Positions 12,701-27,700 of a DNA stretch of 64,000 nt are shown here, piece by piece. The first letter of the stretch is position 1. Every line of letters starts with the position of its first letter. The notes below the pieces were generated by a model. That model was not told the DNA's origin. It made no database searches and was given only the letters and a program-made list of their open reading frames with translations. The DNA is taken from NCBI GenBank assembly GCA_012026655.1, contig JAAILG010000007.1, forward strand, positions 1-64,000, read 5' to 3'. Position numbers and translations under genes: made by a program. Source of the stretch: Hydrolagus affinis. Its lineage: Eukaryota.

Positions 12701-15700
12701 TATTCCATTGGTGTTTACTTTTGTATTTGATGTAAAATACTAAGATTGCAAACAATGGTGAAGACTAATCTCAGCAATCCCAACTGTTCAATTCAGAGCT
12801 CCCAGTGATAATCAGGTCCTTAAAGCTCATCACACTATGTATTATTCAGAAGGTTGAATAAATGATGAGGAAATGGCCAGTTCGCATGCAACTGATGCTT
12901 CAGTGGGAAGCGTAACATTTCTGTAACGATATCTAACATATTGAAAATCACATTCCCATTGTATGTCCTTAACCATGGATGCAATGTTTCTCCATTTCTT
13001 CTTCAGCTGTCAACTGGTTCTGAAATATCTAAATAAGGACATTTTTTAAAAAAAAAGGTTATGTTCCTTTGTGGATTGAACTGAGATGCTCGGGCCAGGA
13101 ATGCCAGAACATCATTGATTTATGGCCTGAGTCTTATTTGAATTGGATAGTGGGAAGTAAAGGGAATTTTGACAGACGTATTGCGGATTCACTTAAAGAA
13201 GTGGTTGTGCCATATTGCCTCAGGCTCTGGATGCTGAGGGAATTTCTCTTTGTTATATTTGGGAGCAGTTTCAAAGCAGTCAGAACAACAGAAAAAAATA
13301 GCTAGACAAGTGCAATCATTTTACAGTATGAATTATGGCTGTTTCTGACAGTCATGCATTCCAGAATACATTCTTTGACTTTCCAGCACCTTGGGATGTC
13401 TTCAGACATGAATGCAATTGATTGTTGTTGTTCTTCATCCTAAACTCTCTTATTATAATCATCCGTCAAGCTCTAAATAATTTTCCCTACGTATTCCTCC
13501 TCCTCCTTGTTTTTTCATCCTATGCTGTCGTCAAACTTATCAAATTATTTCTTACATTAACTCAATTCATTCCCAGGGCCTCAAAAACTTTGGAACTGTT
13601 TTCCTAACCCAATCTCCCCTTCCTCTTAAAATCTACAAACCCTAAATTAGTATAATCTGACCACTTCTGATTTTCCTTGCTACTCTTTTAAATCTTGGTG
13701 ATGGATTGCAATATAAGCCTTAAGTCTTTACCTCAGTTTTCCATGTATTTTTAAAAACGCTTTCCGTATGAAAGCAGATTCTCAGGGGATACCAGTGTAC
13801 AGTGATTCAATGTGTTCCAATGATTCAACATTTCCGAAGCTTGAATCTAGTGATGAAAATAACTTCTGAAAAATAAATTATCCAGCAAACTCTACTCAAA
13901 CATTCCTTTTAACTGAATAAAACTGCAAAATGGGCTCAGGATAGTAATGGGATAGTTTCGAATGAGTTATTTATTTTAAAGCTGTGTTGTTAGGGAGAAT
14001 AAAAATCACCAATTTGACCAAAATGGAAGGAATTTCCATGTATGGAAACTATGAACCCAGTATATAAATTCTAAAAATACACCAATTTAAAGCTTTGAAC
14101 TGTGATCTTTAGAAAGATCCTTCAAAATCATACCACCTGAAAAATGGAAATGCATCGTACTGAATTTCCACTTGATGCTGTATTCTGAATAATACTTTAC
14201 AACATTAGATATAATGGTGCATAATATAGGTAGAGAATTGATATGTTTTCAACGGGTTGTGTTTAATTATGTAGCCTTGTTTGCCTTCTGCGAGACCACT
14301 TGTCAAGATATTGAACAAATGCAAATGGAATCCATTCTGATACCAAGGGCATTGAATAGCAATTAATCTTCTTGTGTTTTATTGCTATTCACCATAGACG
14401 CAAGAAACAGCACTGGTGAGAAATTATCTTGGGATCCTCATATCTCGGCCACTGGCTGCCATCCCCGTATCTTCAGATAAAACAATCTGTATCCCTTTGG
14501 GATTCTTTTGGACATTATTGCACAGTTTACAAAGTTAATCATTATTGTAGCTTAACAATAATATCTATAATTCTTTCAAAGAAATATAATCGGCGGATAC
14601 GGATAAAATTATCAAAAATTGTAATGGATCAATTCATCCAAATTCTTTGCAACCATTTGCTTTGAGAAATTAACTGCAGCGATGACTTCTGTGCTTAGAT
14701 TTGTTCAAATGGGAAAGGCATTTTGCTAACTCGTGTTTTTCTTTCTGAAAGGGACATGAAGATGATGTGTGGGGTTTACTGTATGAAGCTGACAAAACAG
14801 CAGAAGCTAATAAAGATCATTCCCAGCTGTATGAAGCAATGGCAAAGACTCTGGGGGAAAATTGGACAGCTCTCAATGAACTGCTTATAGGCCGCAGGAG
14901 ACTTTTAAGCCTGGCATCGGAATTTTTTGACCAAGCTTTAGAGGTTGGTAATCCACCGCATAATAAAAGTGCGTCCAAAATATAATAGAGATTTGTGCTT
15001 CTTTTCAACAAGGAATTAAAACATACAATTAATTGAATGTTAATCGGGTGCAGCGCTGCTGTAATTTTTATCGTCTCTGTGCTGAAATGCATTTGTCTTT
15101 TTAGTTTGCAATAAAAATTGATGAAGCTGAAGACTTGCTGAACAGTGCACAAGTGTTTGAGGACTCCAGGTCCTTAAAGCAACTCTTTCACCAGCATCAA
15201 CATGTCACAAAAGGCAAGTTGTTGTTGTGCTTACACTGTTTTTGTGTGTTTGTAAAAGGGTGTGAGTTCTGATTCATGCTTGTATTGTTGGAGCCCTATG
15301 TATGGTTCATTGAACTAAAGGTGAGTACAGTATTAGGACATACGAAAGTTATTGGGACACAAGCAGAATATTGGGGACTGCAAACATCACCCAAATCGCT
15401 GTTGATAAAACATGTCTGTTCTGTGTACAACATTCCGTATGTTGTGTCGATCGCATTGACAACTAAATTAAACAAATTCTATCGTGGTATGTTTTACAAC
15501 AAATAAAAACAGCCCAAAAGATCCATTTTATGCATCTCTGAGCCGCACAGGATCCCAGAAATAATAGAAGGGAGAATAGGAACTCAGGTCACATTGACTT
15601 TATGCATCAGTGACTGAGACTGTTAATGTTGGCCAAAGTGAACCAGGGCAGGCTTGTAAACAACTTCTCTTAGTAGGCATTGATACCTCATCCAGGTCAC

Positions 15701-18700
15701 GTAGCACACATCACATGCAGTTTCCAGATATATACCAGTGCCATCTAATGTCCCATTTATATTCTGCAGAACACATTTGCCCTGGAAGAGATAAACCACA
15801 AGATTGGTCCCAATGCATGTGCAATCTGTGCAATAGTTTCTAAGTGATTCTGTTGTAACCTTTACTTTCTAATCTGGTTGTGTCTGAAAGGTCTTCGCAC
15901 TGCAATGAGGTTTTAAAAATACGTTGTTGGTAGCTTCAAAGGCATGAGTGAATTAACGGTCTATTTTGCTGGCGAAAAGCTGCAAGTGGAATATCATGGG
16001 CCGAGTGACGAGAACAATCCCAGAACATTGCTTATTAAGCATATCCAATTCTCCCCTTAAGAACAGCATGTAGCTCAATGGTTAAATTGAGTCCCCAATG
16101 GTTGCAGTCCCCAATATTCTTGCAAGCGAGAAACCTGGATTCGATTCCAGGCAGAGGCGAAACCTTGGGCAAGTTTCCTTACTCCACACGCCTGATAATA
16201 ATCCTTCAAAAAAAAATTGGTCATTTTCAATCCACGGGACTGTCTGTGGGACACTGCTGTACGCAATTGGCTGCCACCTTTCACCCATAAATTAACAGTC
16301 AATTCACTTGACAGTATATTGTGTGAAGCGCTTTGAAACACCTAGAAGACGTGAAAAGCGCCATGTATATCAAATGCAAGGATTATCTTCTATATATATA
16401 AAAGCCTTAGGTATGTTTCCGCAATTGTGTCCTCCTGACGCGGTTGTCGTTGTGTCAAATCTATCTTCAATATATATATAAAAGCCTTAGGCATGTTTCT
16501 GCAATTGTAAAAAAAAAATAAAAAATTCTAAAAGGAAAACAAAAATCAATACAGCTTAAAAACAAAAAACATCAACAAAGAAAAACAACCTCGTGATTAA
16601 AGCTCACGCTTTTTTTGTAAACAACAAATACATTAGTTTAAAAAAGTTTTGAAATATATGAATAAACGTGTTCAAAAACACTAGGCTGTGTATGTTAAGC
16701 GATGGGTACAGCTAGTTATCATTATTATGAGTATTATCTTCAAGTCACCTTAATTTTAACACAGATGAATGTTGTAACTTGTTGCTGCGCTGACCTTTAA
16801 TTCTGAACCCTGATTTCCTTTTTGCCACAGTTCTTTTAACAAGCTCCATGACGCTTCTAAACAAGAGTCAAGAGTTACTGAATGTTATCCAGACTTTCAA
16901 ACCCGCTGGTCCCCTAGTGAGCTCGGAGCTGATACATGGAGCTCAGAGTAGCTGTATGAAGATCGAGAGCCTGTTGGAATTGCTGCAGGACAGGAGGAGG
17001 CAGCTAGAGGAACAATTGCATCGGAGGTGGCGAGACCTCGAGCAGATTCTTCGGATCTACCAATGGGACCAGCGGGCAGATGAGGTAGGAGGAAATAATA
17101 TTAATAATTTTTGCGTTTGATATAAGCTGCCCAACACATCGCTGAAATGCCTCAAAGTGCTTCACTCGATGTACGGTAAAGTGAATTGACTGTATTTTGT
17201 GGACATAATGAGACCTTAATACTGAATACAAGAGAGACCCACACACACAGAAATCCAAATCCATCTTTGATCCTAAACTATTACAATGTTCGGCTGAGAA
17301 CAAAGACTGCTTCTTGAAAGTCGTTACCTGTTTAATCTGTATTTTTTTTTGCCATTTACAACGGTTCATAAGGGAGGGGGAGGGAAAGAGAGAGACAAGG
17401 AAGGAACACTGCTGTCAAAATGGTCCCATCTAGTAGATTGAAGATGTCTCGGGTATAAAAAGTACGTTTGCAGCTGTTTGCTTGTTTGTGCAGGCTCACA
17501 CTGCTTAGTTCCAGATGTTCAGCTGGCAGGATGTGGCTTCATTTGCGTGGCTTGCGGGTCTCTGCCTATCACTGTGTGTCATGGTTGTTTGTATATCCCG
17601 AAGATATTGAGATCTGGCCATTTCACTTGTTTGTGGTCAAATGGTTATCTTTGAAATTGTTGTTCATGTGTGTTACTAACCTAATGCCTAATACTCTCTG
17701 GTATTAGGTAAGGCAGGGTGCGGTCCTCTGGGGAGAGAGTACACATTCCCATTCCAGACCCAGGGACATTTCCATGTTTAAGTGGCATACATATGTGGAT
17801 CACAGTCATGGTTTAGTTACTCTTAAGTGGGGGAGTCCGCAAAAGCACCAAAGTGAGTAAAAGGGCAACAAACAAAAACGTTCTCTTCCCTCGTCTCCAT
17901 TGCTCCTTGTCAGCACTGTGGAGCACTTAAAACATTCATCCCATGTGAAAGGCATTATATAAGTATAAGTTGTTATTGTGACAGTGGTAATACCAATCAG
18001 GGTAAATGCCATGCAGTATTTCTGCCATAGTTAATTAGGCAGTGGTGCAAGACCTTGTAGAAGGTTACTGTTTGACAGTGTTTGTCTCAGTTTTGTTACC
18101 ATGAAGATATAAGTGTTGCTTGTACTCTCCATTATCAGCAAGCAAAGAGATTAGTGTGTCGCTATCTCCACGTGTCACTCAATGATATGGAACTTGCACT
18201 GATGCTACTGCACATAAAACATTGTCACTCCTTGAATAGCACAGTAAGTGTACCGCTCTTAACATAAATATAGAAACACATTTCTTTCCCACACTTAGAA
18301 TAAACACATTGGAGCCAAACACTGTTAATTATCAGGAACACTGTTCCACACGTTTACACACACTACGTTACCATTGGAAACTGACATGATAGATGTTGTT
18401 TCGAATTACGGACTTAATTGTTATACTGCATTAATTTTGTCTCTTGCGGTATTAAATAGTAAACCCTACCATAAAAATAACTCAGAGTGGGAACAAAAAA
18501 TCTGGGTACCCTATAGTTGTCCTCTGATCACTGATATTTCCAGTTTCAACAGACTGAGGAGTGAGCCTTCAGGCACGTGCAGTGGCTATATGAAAAATGA
18601 CAGTTCTGAACCACTTGCATTAGAAATACTATTTAATTTCTAGCTGATGAATACTTGGAATTTTGGCATAATTTTAACACAAGTATCACTTTTCATATTA

Positions 18701-21700
18701 ACGTTAATAATAATGTTTGAGTTTAATATGGCACATTTAATATGAAACATCTGTGTTACACAGGAATTACTGTAAACTATTATTTTTTGTCGACAATGTA
18801 TGCCTTTTCATCACAAACAACAAAGGGCATAACAGCTGAAATAAGTGTTATTGTTATAATCCTGTGGCCAAATAATATTTCAGTCCAAATCATGCTATGA
18901 AATAGTACAGTACTATAAACTAATAAAGTCTGCCAAACTTAAATAGGATTCTCAAATGGAAAATGATTTTGCAGCTGAAAACCCAGAGATATGAGAATTA
19001 ATTTTATACTGTATATACAATGTATATATAAATGTAACTTATATATACTCTATAAATATAATTGTGCTGTTTTTGTAATTGGTGGACTGGTAACATGGCA
19101 AATTTATAAATGGCCTTATTTTTAATTTATATTTATATTAAGTTAGGGTTAAGAGTATGGTAGAAGTCTATCCTAAAAATGTTGTAGCTTTATTACTGTA
19201 ATTAATGTTACTGAGTGTTAAAGTAAATGAAAAATCACTGCTGGGATCTCCTAACTTCAGCACTGCTGTTATACTGTTTCATTTACCATCTGTCTGCCTT
19301 AGATCGATAACAAATTATGAAGGATTAATATATCGTCTTCTCATAAAATCTTGTTCATTAAAGAAAATTGAACCGTTAACAAGGTTTCAATCATAATTAG
19401 AGGTTGAAATAATATTTTCATGTATGATTTCAGTTGTTCTGTTTGCCTATTCCCAATATTGCAGCATATAACTTACAAAGTAAAAGTTTAATATTTTTAT
19501 TTGATGAGAATATTTTGAAAGATGATTATAGGGCTTTCCAAAGGAGTTTGAACGAAATGACATGCTTTGTGCAGTGTGTAAGTGCTTTGCGGATGCCTTC
19601 AGAAGTACATTACTGTTCAGATACAGATAAAGAATAAGCCTAGGGCAACATAATTTGTCTTCATAATGCTATAATAAATAACCTTCAGAAGGCAATGCAA
19701 AATAAGTCAATGTTCTTCTGTGTGTTCAATGAAGGTGATACAGTGGATCAGGCAGCAAGGAGATGCTTATTTACAGATTGAACAGCTTGGCTCATCTCTG
19801 ACTGAAAATGAACAATTATTGCTGGAATATAAAGAATTTGTGAGTAAAGCCAAGGTAAGAGCAAGTCTCTCCTGAAGAGCGTTCAGCCACTGCTCCACCT
19901 AGTCATTGTCTAAATAAATCACCCCAGGCACCCTATAGAGACTGTAGCTAACTGAAATGTGAATCATACAGCAACTTAATCCAAAATGATATGATCAGGA
20001 ATTCAAGAGGCCTGTTTTTTGTTCCATTATTTCACTGCGGAGCAGATCAGTATATAGCGAAAATTAACTTCTGGAAAGCTAATTCGCCTTCCAAATGTAT
20101 CTTTCCAATTTCAGTCAATTACTTTTTTACGTTCTGTTGCCAATGTTAATAAAATATGGTTGCGTGTGCTTACTGAGCTTGGAGCTTATATGAATAAATT
20201 TAAGCACAGTTAAAAATTATATATATTCCTAGAGGAAACGAAAATCCTGAAAGTCTCTCCATGGATAGAGTATGGAAAGCAGTTAAGGAGTTTGCAAGAT
20301 GCAGAGGAGCGCAGTTTGGATATTGACTATGTGCTGTGCGCTCTGAGACGCTACCTTGCACGAGGGGAGCTATATGATCGCAAGTTTGTGTTGTTTTTGA
20401 TGATAGAGATATTTTTGCAAAAATGCAGCTTGCATGGCTGTGAGATAAAAGACTCTACTGACTGGAACAAATTAGGATTAAAAAACTGTGAAGAATGTTT
20501 CAAAGCTTTTTCACGCAGTGGGAATGTCTACCCAATAGCAAAGGATGTATAGGATATGGTGTATGCTAGTAAGAGCGATTATTCAGCTTTCATTCAGCCG
20601 TTCAAATCAAATTTACCTGTGCCAATTTTAACCCCTTAAATACCTCACAAAAGAGTAACGACAACAACATAATTATGTTTGTATAGCACCTTTCACATCC
20701 TAAGGGCAGACATCCCAAGGTGCTGGGCAGGCAGTATTCCGGACCCAAGCTGGGGATGGGGGATTGGGGGATGGTGGAGGGGGCAAGGAGGTTGATCAAA
20801 AGTACGGTTGAAGAGGAGGGCCTTGAGGTGGGTCTTGAAGAAGGCAAGAGATGGGGCAATCATTCTTAAGTTTAAAAAAATGATTTGGGTGCTGCTGGAA
20901 CTCTTGCTGTTGCTTCTAACCTCCCCCTTAACGCTTCCAATGATGATCTTAAACTGAGCTTATTGTTGCCAATTTACCAGCCAGCAGGAACACTCTTGTA
21001 GATATTATCATGCATAATAGTTGCAAAAAAAATCAGATTTTCAGATTTCCTCCTGCCAGTACTACAGTACGCAAATTAAAACGTACATTTGTGCCTGTTT
21101 ATGATTTGGGCCCAGATGTGATATCAGTCATAAATAATAGAATTTAAACCTTTCTGTCCAGGGCTGTGCTCCAGAAAGACTAGAAGCTGAGGCTGAAGAA
21201 ATTCTGCTTACGCAAGGCTTTCCTGATAAGGAACAGGTGACATTTCGGAATCAGAAACTGAAGCTGCTGTGTGAGGAATTCTGGCAGCTGGTAGAGGAAC
21301 GAGGAGCACTGCTCCAGGAAGCCCATGATTTTTACAGCAGTGCAAATAAGGTTAGTTTGTGAACCAAACATGCATTGACCTTTTAACGTACATTTGTGTA
21401 AATGCTAAAATATACAGTACTCCTTGCAACTGAACACTTTTTTTGTGATGTGAGTAGTTGGGTGGGGGGTTTAGGGTTGGGATCGGGGGCATGTTATTCT
21501 ATTTATTTTCCTTTCACTAAGCAACAAATGTTGTGGGTGTGTGTTAATGTTGCTTTGAACTGGTAACTAGGAGGTGTCAAAGGTAAGACTAGGTACTCCT
21601 GCAGTGCAGTTGCTTTTGTGGACTTGAACGAAATGTCTGTTCGTTAATAATTCTTTAATAATAAAGAGGAATTCCTCTTTTTAAAGAAAAAAAATGACAT

Positions 21701-24700
21701 TTTATTCTAGGAATCCAAGCTTTTAATAAAAAATACTAGATGGGTTCCATAAAAAATAGATTGGTCATAAACTATGAATTCAATGGAGGCGCAAGATCAG
21801 AGTTAACTTGAACTTTCCCACACAGGTACTTCCTGAGCCCACTGATCTTGCTGGAAGTCTGTGTCAGACAGAACCTGGGAGGATCAAAGGCTCATGTTCC
21901 TGTCAGTCGTGGAACTCTTGATGTTTGCCATGATAATAATATTGCTCTTATTGTTCCTCTCAGCTGAGGAACGGACACAGGAATGATGGAAACATAAAAT
22001 CACCAGATTGGTTCAGATGAAAAAAGTGAAGCAATTTTTGAGCTTGCAGAACACACACCATACCATCCTCTCTCTCATCACAGTGTCAAACTTTATTTGT
22101 TAAATGAGTCCAGTGTCATGGCCTCAACCTATCCCAATCGTTAATTACCCTTGAAGTAAAGAAATACTTCCTGGTGTGTCTCTCCGGTCCAATTAAATAA
22201 GGATCAGTAAATGTCTTATTTATGGAGGTCAGATGGATGGCTGGTACAGGAAACAAATTTAGCAGTCAATAGGGAAAAGGTAACTGTATGGAGGTTAGGA
22301 TTACAGTAGGTTTGGGTCGGAGTAGAAGGAGCATGATTTGCAACTGGCTATAAAATGGTGACATCCGGGTGGAAATATTTTCTATTACAAAGTCCAGTAG
22401 CTTTGAGGATGTGGCCTGCCAGAAGGCAAAAGCCCCTGGTTATCACAAGTCAGCAACCCCTGCTATATTTAACGGCACAAGGGAATTTTTTTTGTAATAA
22501 TTCCATACTCCACCAGTACTGAAACCCCTAAATTGTTGAGGCATGAAATATAAAAAATCTCATAAACAGGCATGGAATTAATATGCACGGTGNNNNNNNN
22601 NNNNNNNNNNNNNNNNNNNNNNNNNNNNNNNNNNNNNNNNNNNNNNNNNNNNNNNNNNNNNNNNNNNNNNNNNNNNNNNNNNNNNNNNNNNNGGATTGGG
22701 GGATAGAATTCCATAGGGTGGGAGCGGAGAAACTGAAGGCCCGGCCTCCAATGGTGGGACGGTTCGGGAGGGGGGCTTGGAGCAGGCCGAGTCCTGCTGA
22801 ACGGAGGGTCCGGGTGGGCTTGTAGGGGGAGAGTAGATTGGTTAAATAGGGCGGGGCAAGGCCATGTAAGGCCTTGAAGGTTTTAGCTGTGATGAAAATG
22901 TTGCGGTTTGTTCTCACACAGTTATCAATATAACGATAATCGTACTGAAGATGATAAAGGAAACTTGTCATGTAGCTGCAAAAGCCATAAAATGAAAGTC
23001 GCCAGAATCTTCTGCTCTTATGGAAGCAGTTTTTGTTTGTCTGCTGCCATCTGATGGATTTGAGATGTTAGATGCTGAATTTCTTCACCTCACAATGAGT
23101 GCAGTAATTTGCAGCTATGTATTAAATTGCAAGTAAACCTCTTCTAAACTTGGAAACCACAATAATAAAAATTGGTCATTTTTAATCCATGACTGTTTGC
23201 GGGACACTGCTGTGCGCAATTGGCTGCCGTGTTTCTCCCACGAACATACAGTCAATTCACTTTACAGTATATTTTGTGAAGCGCTTTGAGATGTCGATAA
23301 GATGTGAAAAGCGCTATATCAAAGGCAAGGATTATTATTATAAACAGTGAACAATATTTCAATCTGTACGGAGAGTGATTGGCATTTCATTATCAATTGA
23401 TTTTTTGTGGTGGACTGGGTGACCCAGCTTGTCTCTCGCCTGTTTAATGATAACAAAGAGATTCCCACTTGGTTGCAATGATCAGAACATTTAAAGACGT
23501 AAAGACCAACATTGAGGAAGGTCACAGTTGCAGAAAGAATGAGTCCCAGAGTCAGTTTTAAAAATAATATCAAGCTATCAGATCACCCTCGATCAGGTAT
23601 TGAGTCGAGTCCAGCCTCTCACACACACACACTCGCAGTAACAAGAGACTCTCTTTCTCTCTGCTGCTTTGCTATGCCCCCTAATGGTTATCTCAGGCAA
23701 GACATTGGTAAAGGTTTGGGAATATCACACGTCAGCAATCGCTGCTATATTTAATGGCACAAGGGAATTTTTGACCAAGGCATGAATTTTTTTTAAATAG
23801 GTAACTAGGATGGGGTAAGCAATAAAAAGATTTGAAAAGCTTTATGTTTCTGTTTGTCGCTTCTTAGTGTAAGACGGGCTTTCAACAGATGCTGTTTTGT
23901 CTCGAGAACGAAATATCTCTCCTGGATTAAACCAACCAAATCTGTGAAATATTTCTGCGCGCTACTTGTGTCTTCTACACAAAAACGTGTTTAGCAAAAA
24001 GAAGCAGGAAAAAGTGAATGCCTTTGTACTGCAGCTGGTTATAAACAAGGAATTATAGTACTTGGCAGTATAACAAACTCCCTTCATTGTCAGCCTGGCT
24101 CATTTAAGAGGGCTCTAAATCAGATGCTTGTAGGTTCAAGCCCTACATCAGTACTTTAAAGTTCCAGTGTATGCTGACACTCCATTACGGTTCTGGTGAA
24201 TGCCTCTTTGTTGGAGGAGCCACCCTATGCATCGGATGTTAAAGTGAGATCCCTCCTTCCTCTTCAGCTGGATGTTAAAAAGCCCATGGTACATTTGAAA
24301 GCTGAACTGATTTTTTTTTCCGATCTCATGGCCAATTAATTGGTCATTCACATCATGTTGTGGAACAATGCTGGGGGCAAATTAGCCTCCAAGTTTACCT
24401 ACAAAATACAGTCATGACACTTGATAGTAAATTCAGTGAAGCACTTTGAGATGTCCCTCTGCCTTGAACGCAAGGATTAATGTTAAAAATTAGCAGGTTT
24501 TCATGCCCGCAATTGTAAAGGTAAACTATAGTTTGTGCACTGCTCAGCTTGATCCAAATGAATTTCGATGTGATGGTTGAACAATTCACAATGTAATCAG
24601 AATTCTAAGTCTGTGATGTAGCTCAAAACACAACCTGACATTTCAAAGCATATGTTTAGGCTAGAGTGATTTTTACAGTGATTGCACTTTTATGTTTGAG

Positions 24701-27700
24701 TTCTCAGCTTTCTTTATTTTCTATCTTCCATTTATGGTCTGACAGCAAACAAAGACACAACTGTGCCTGTGAATATCTCTGTATATTTGTGGTATACGTT
24801 CTATGTCTAACATTCTACATTCGGTCATTTGTTTTTTAAACAGCTCTGACCAATGTGACAAAAAAAAATGGTATAAATTAGGCTTCCGCACTCACTATTC
24901 CTCTATTGCTGGAAGTGGTGTTGCTTCATGTCCAGCAGCAATAACATGCGAGGACACCATGGAATGGTTTGTTGGTATTTTTTTTCAACCCCCAGTGTCA
25001 GCATTAAACGCTTACAGATGAACTGTACCAGAACCAGATGAGGAGCGTGCCTTCTACTTTGCCCAAAACTGTACTTTAATTTCATGCTCCAATTGCACGA
25101 GTGCAAAGCTTTTTATTTCCTACACTAACCCATCCTTCTCATCCTGCTTCTGAGTCAGTGCTGAACATAGTGCCTAGTTGTGCCAAATTATGTGTCAGCT
25201 TCTGCTGTCAGATTGTTATCTTCCGCAAGCTAAGTAAAACATTTCCAGATCAATTGAAATTTTAATTGCCTCATTTTTACTTGCATCTAATTTATAAGAA
25301 TGAATGCTCAAACCCAAAATTATTTACAGGAATTCAGATAAAAATAATAACCTGTCCAAAAAAACACAATAATAAAAAAATTTCAATCCACGACTGTTTA
25401 TGAGACACTGCTGTGCGCAATTGGCTGCCGCATTTTGCTCACAAATATACAGTCAATTCACTTTACAGTATATTCTGTGAAGCGCTTTGAGATGTCGACA
25501 AGATGTGAAAAGCGCTGTGTCAAAATGCAAGGATTATTATTATAAAAAGTTATTGAGGTTGTATTTAAGACAGTAGCATTATCCAAGGAATTCACATGCT
25601 GTCTATATATAAATACTTTGTTCTCCGTATGCAATGAGCTACACATCAAGGGCCTGATGTTTGCACTCGTTTGCTGCATTCATACAATGTGGATCAAGCT
25701 GCATAACTAATTTACATGAAGAACCCATTTTGAAAATAAAATCCAATGTTAGAAAATGACTAGCCATTACAGAGCTAACCAACTGTGTAGTGCTGCTCTA
25801 AATGTGTTCTTCATAGCATTTCTAATTAATCACCAAGAGAAAACACACCATGCTTGACATGCACATTCTCACACTCACAAAGCTAATGAAGTCATTTTAC
25901 ATGTTACCCTTCATTCTTCGGCTGATGTCAACAACTTTAATCGATGCTGAGTTACTACGTACCATTATCCTGAAAGACATGTAAAAATAATCCCAAATAA
26001 TGATGAACATCAACAGGGACCAGCACACTACTATTTGACAAGGTGCAACATTCAAAATTACTCGCTAAAATTAATATCCCATGGAATTGCAGTCACTCCC
26101 ATATAATGCAGAGAATATTATTTGGGAGGTAGGGAGTGAGGATACGAAGGACATTTGATGAATGGCGGGCAGTGACAGGTGAATTTGCAATTGCAGATGG
26201 TGTTTCACTTTCAGCTGGTTTCACAGTCAAGGAAAAGACTGAAAAGGTTGAAGAGCACAATGACTGCTGCAAAATAGCCACCGAGAGAGTAAAGCTTTTT
26301 CCTTTACTCAAAGGGAATTTAACAACTGAAACAGATTGCCAGGAAGAGTGATTAAGGCTAAGATACTGGACTCATTCAAAAATCAGCTTGATGAGGCAGG
26401 GGTTGGGGGGAAGAGAGAAAGAGAGATACAGTATGGTGAGTGGCCCTGAAACAATGAGATTGGATAGGCTAAAGGGCCTTCTTCGTCCAAACCAATCTTG
26501 TGATCCTGTGTGATCTTGTAGCTCAGTTTGCAAGCGAGAGACCTGGGTTCAATTCCAGGCAGGGTGAAACCTTGGGCAAGTTTCCTTACTCCACATGCCT
26601 AATAATAATCGCTCAAGACAAAAAACAATAATAAATGTATCATTTAAATCCAGAACGGTTCGTGGGACACTGCTGTGTGCAACTGGGTGTCGTGTTTCAC
26701 CTACATATACACCGTTAATTCATTTTACAGTATATTCTGCGAAGCGCTTTGAGACATCTAGAAGATGTGAAAAGCACGATATCAAATGCAAGGATTATTA
26801 TTTTTATCTTTACTGACATTTTCATTCAGCATTTTCTTTTAGTGAATTTGTAGATGAATGGCCCAATTGTATTCGCAAATTGAAAGTTGCATTTGTTGGA
26901 GCAATTTTTGGTTGGCAAAAGGTACATTTTAGACGCCATTCTCAATTGGTTATTGAACCTGCTTCTTGAAAAATTATAATGTTCAACAGGGTTTTTATGT
27001 AATCTTGTACCACTGTGGATTCTCTTTTCTTATTTTTCCTTTACCTGTTGTCCAGTTGTTCGTTCAGTGTCTCCAGAATAAATTTCTGCGGGATTGAAAG
27101 TTTGAAAATACATAAGTATTAGTTGCACTGACTGTAACGCTGTGTGTATATTTCTGAAGCTTAGCAGGGTAATATAATTCCTTAAACCATAGGTGCTGTT
27201 AAATGAGAAAGTGGAAGACGTGGAACGAATGTTTAAATATGAAGCAAATCAAAAGATGAATTATAAAGGGAAGAAATATATTTTTTAAAAAGTAATATAC
27301 CAAGGAATGAACTGCTGGTCTATTGAAAACTGTACAGTGGTAACTTGCGCTTCAGGGAGTTGGGATTTTGACAGCTCTTAAAGGTCAGGAGTGATATAAG
27401 CCTTGGCCATCTCCACTCCCAGTGGAAAACATCACAGTCCAAACTGACTTAACGTGGTGACTAATTGGCACAAGTGGCTTTACGCCGAGTGTATGTGTAG
27501 GGAATGGAAATATTGCAAAAACAAAGTGAGTCACTGTTCAGGATGAGGTTTAAATGGACGGTCAGCAAGAAGAAGTCTTGTTTTTTTGGGTGGGTGGGGT
27601 GGTGTGGAGTGGGTGTAGGGAAAGGCATAGCTTTGTCTTCGCAGTCAATATTTGCTGCTGCATGTAAATTGGAAGCTCTCTGCATCACTGTGAGCCAAAG

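Noticed and set aside
21955-22000. CTGAGGA...GAAAC resembling a hammerhead ribozyme core
   Set aside because: Stem II and stem III pairing cannot be built convincingly.
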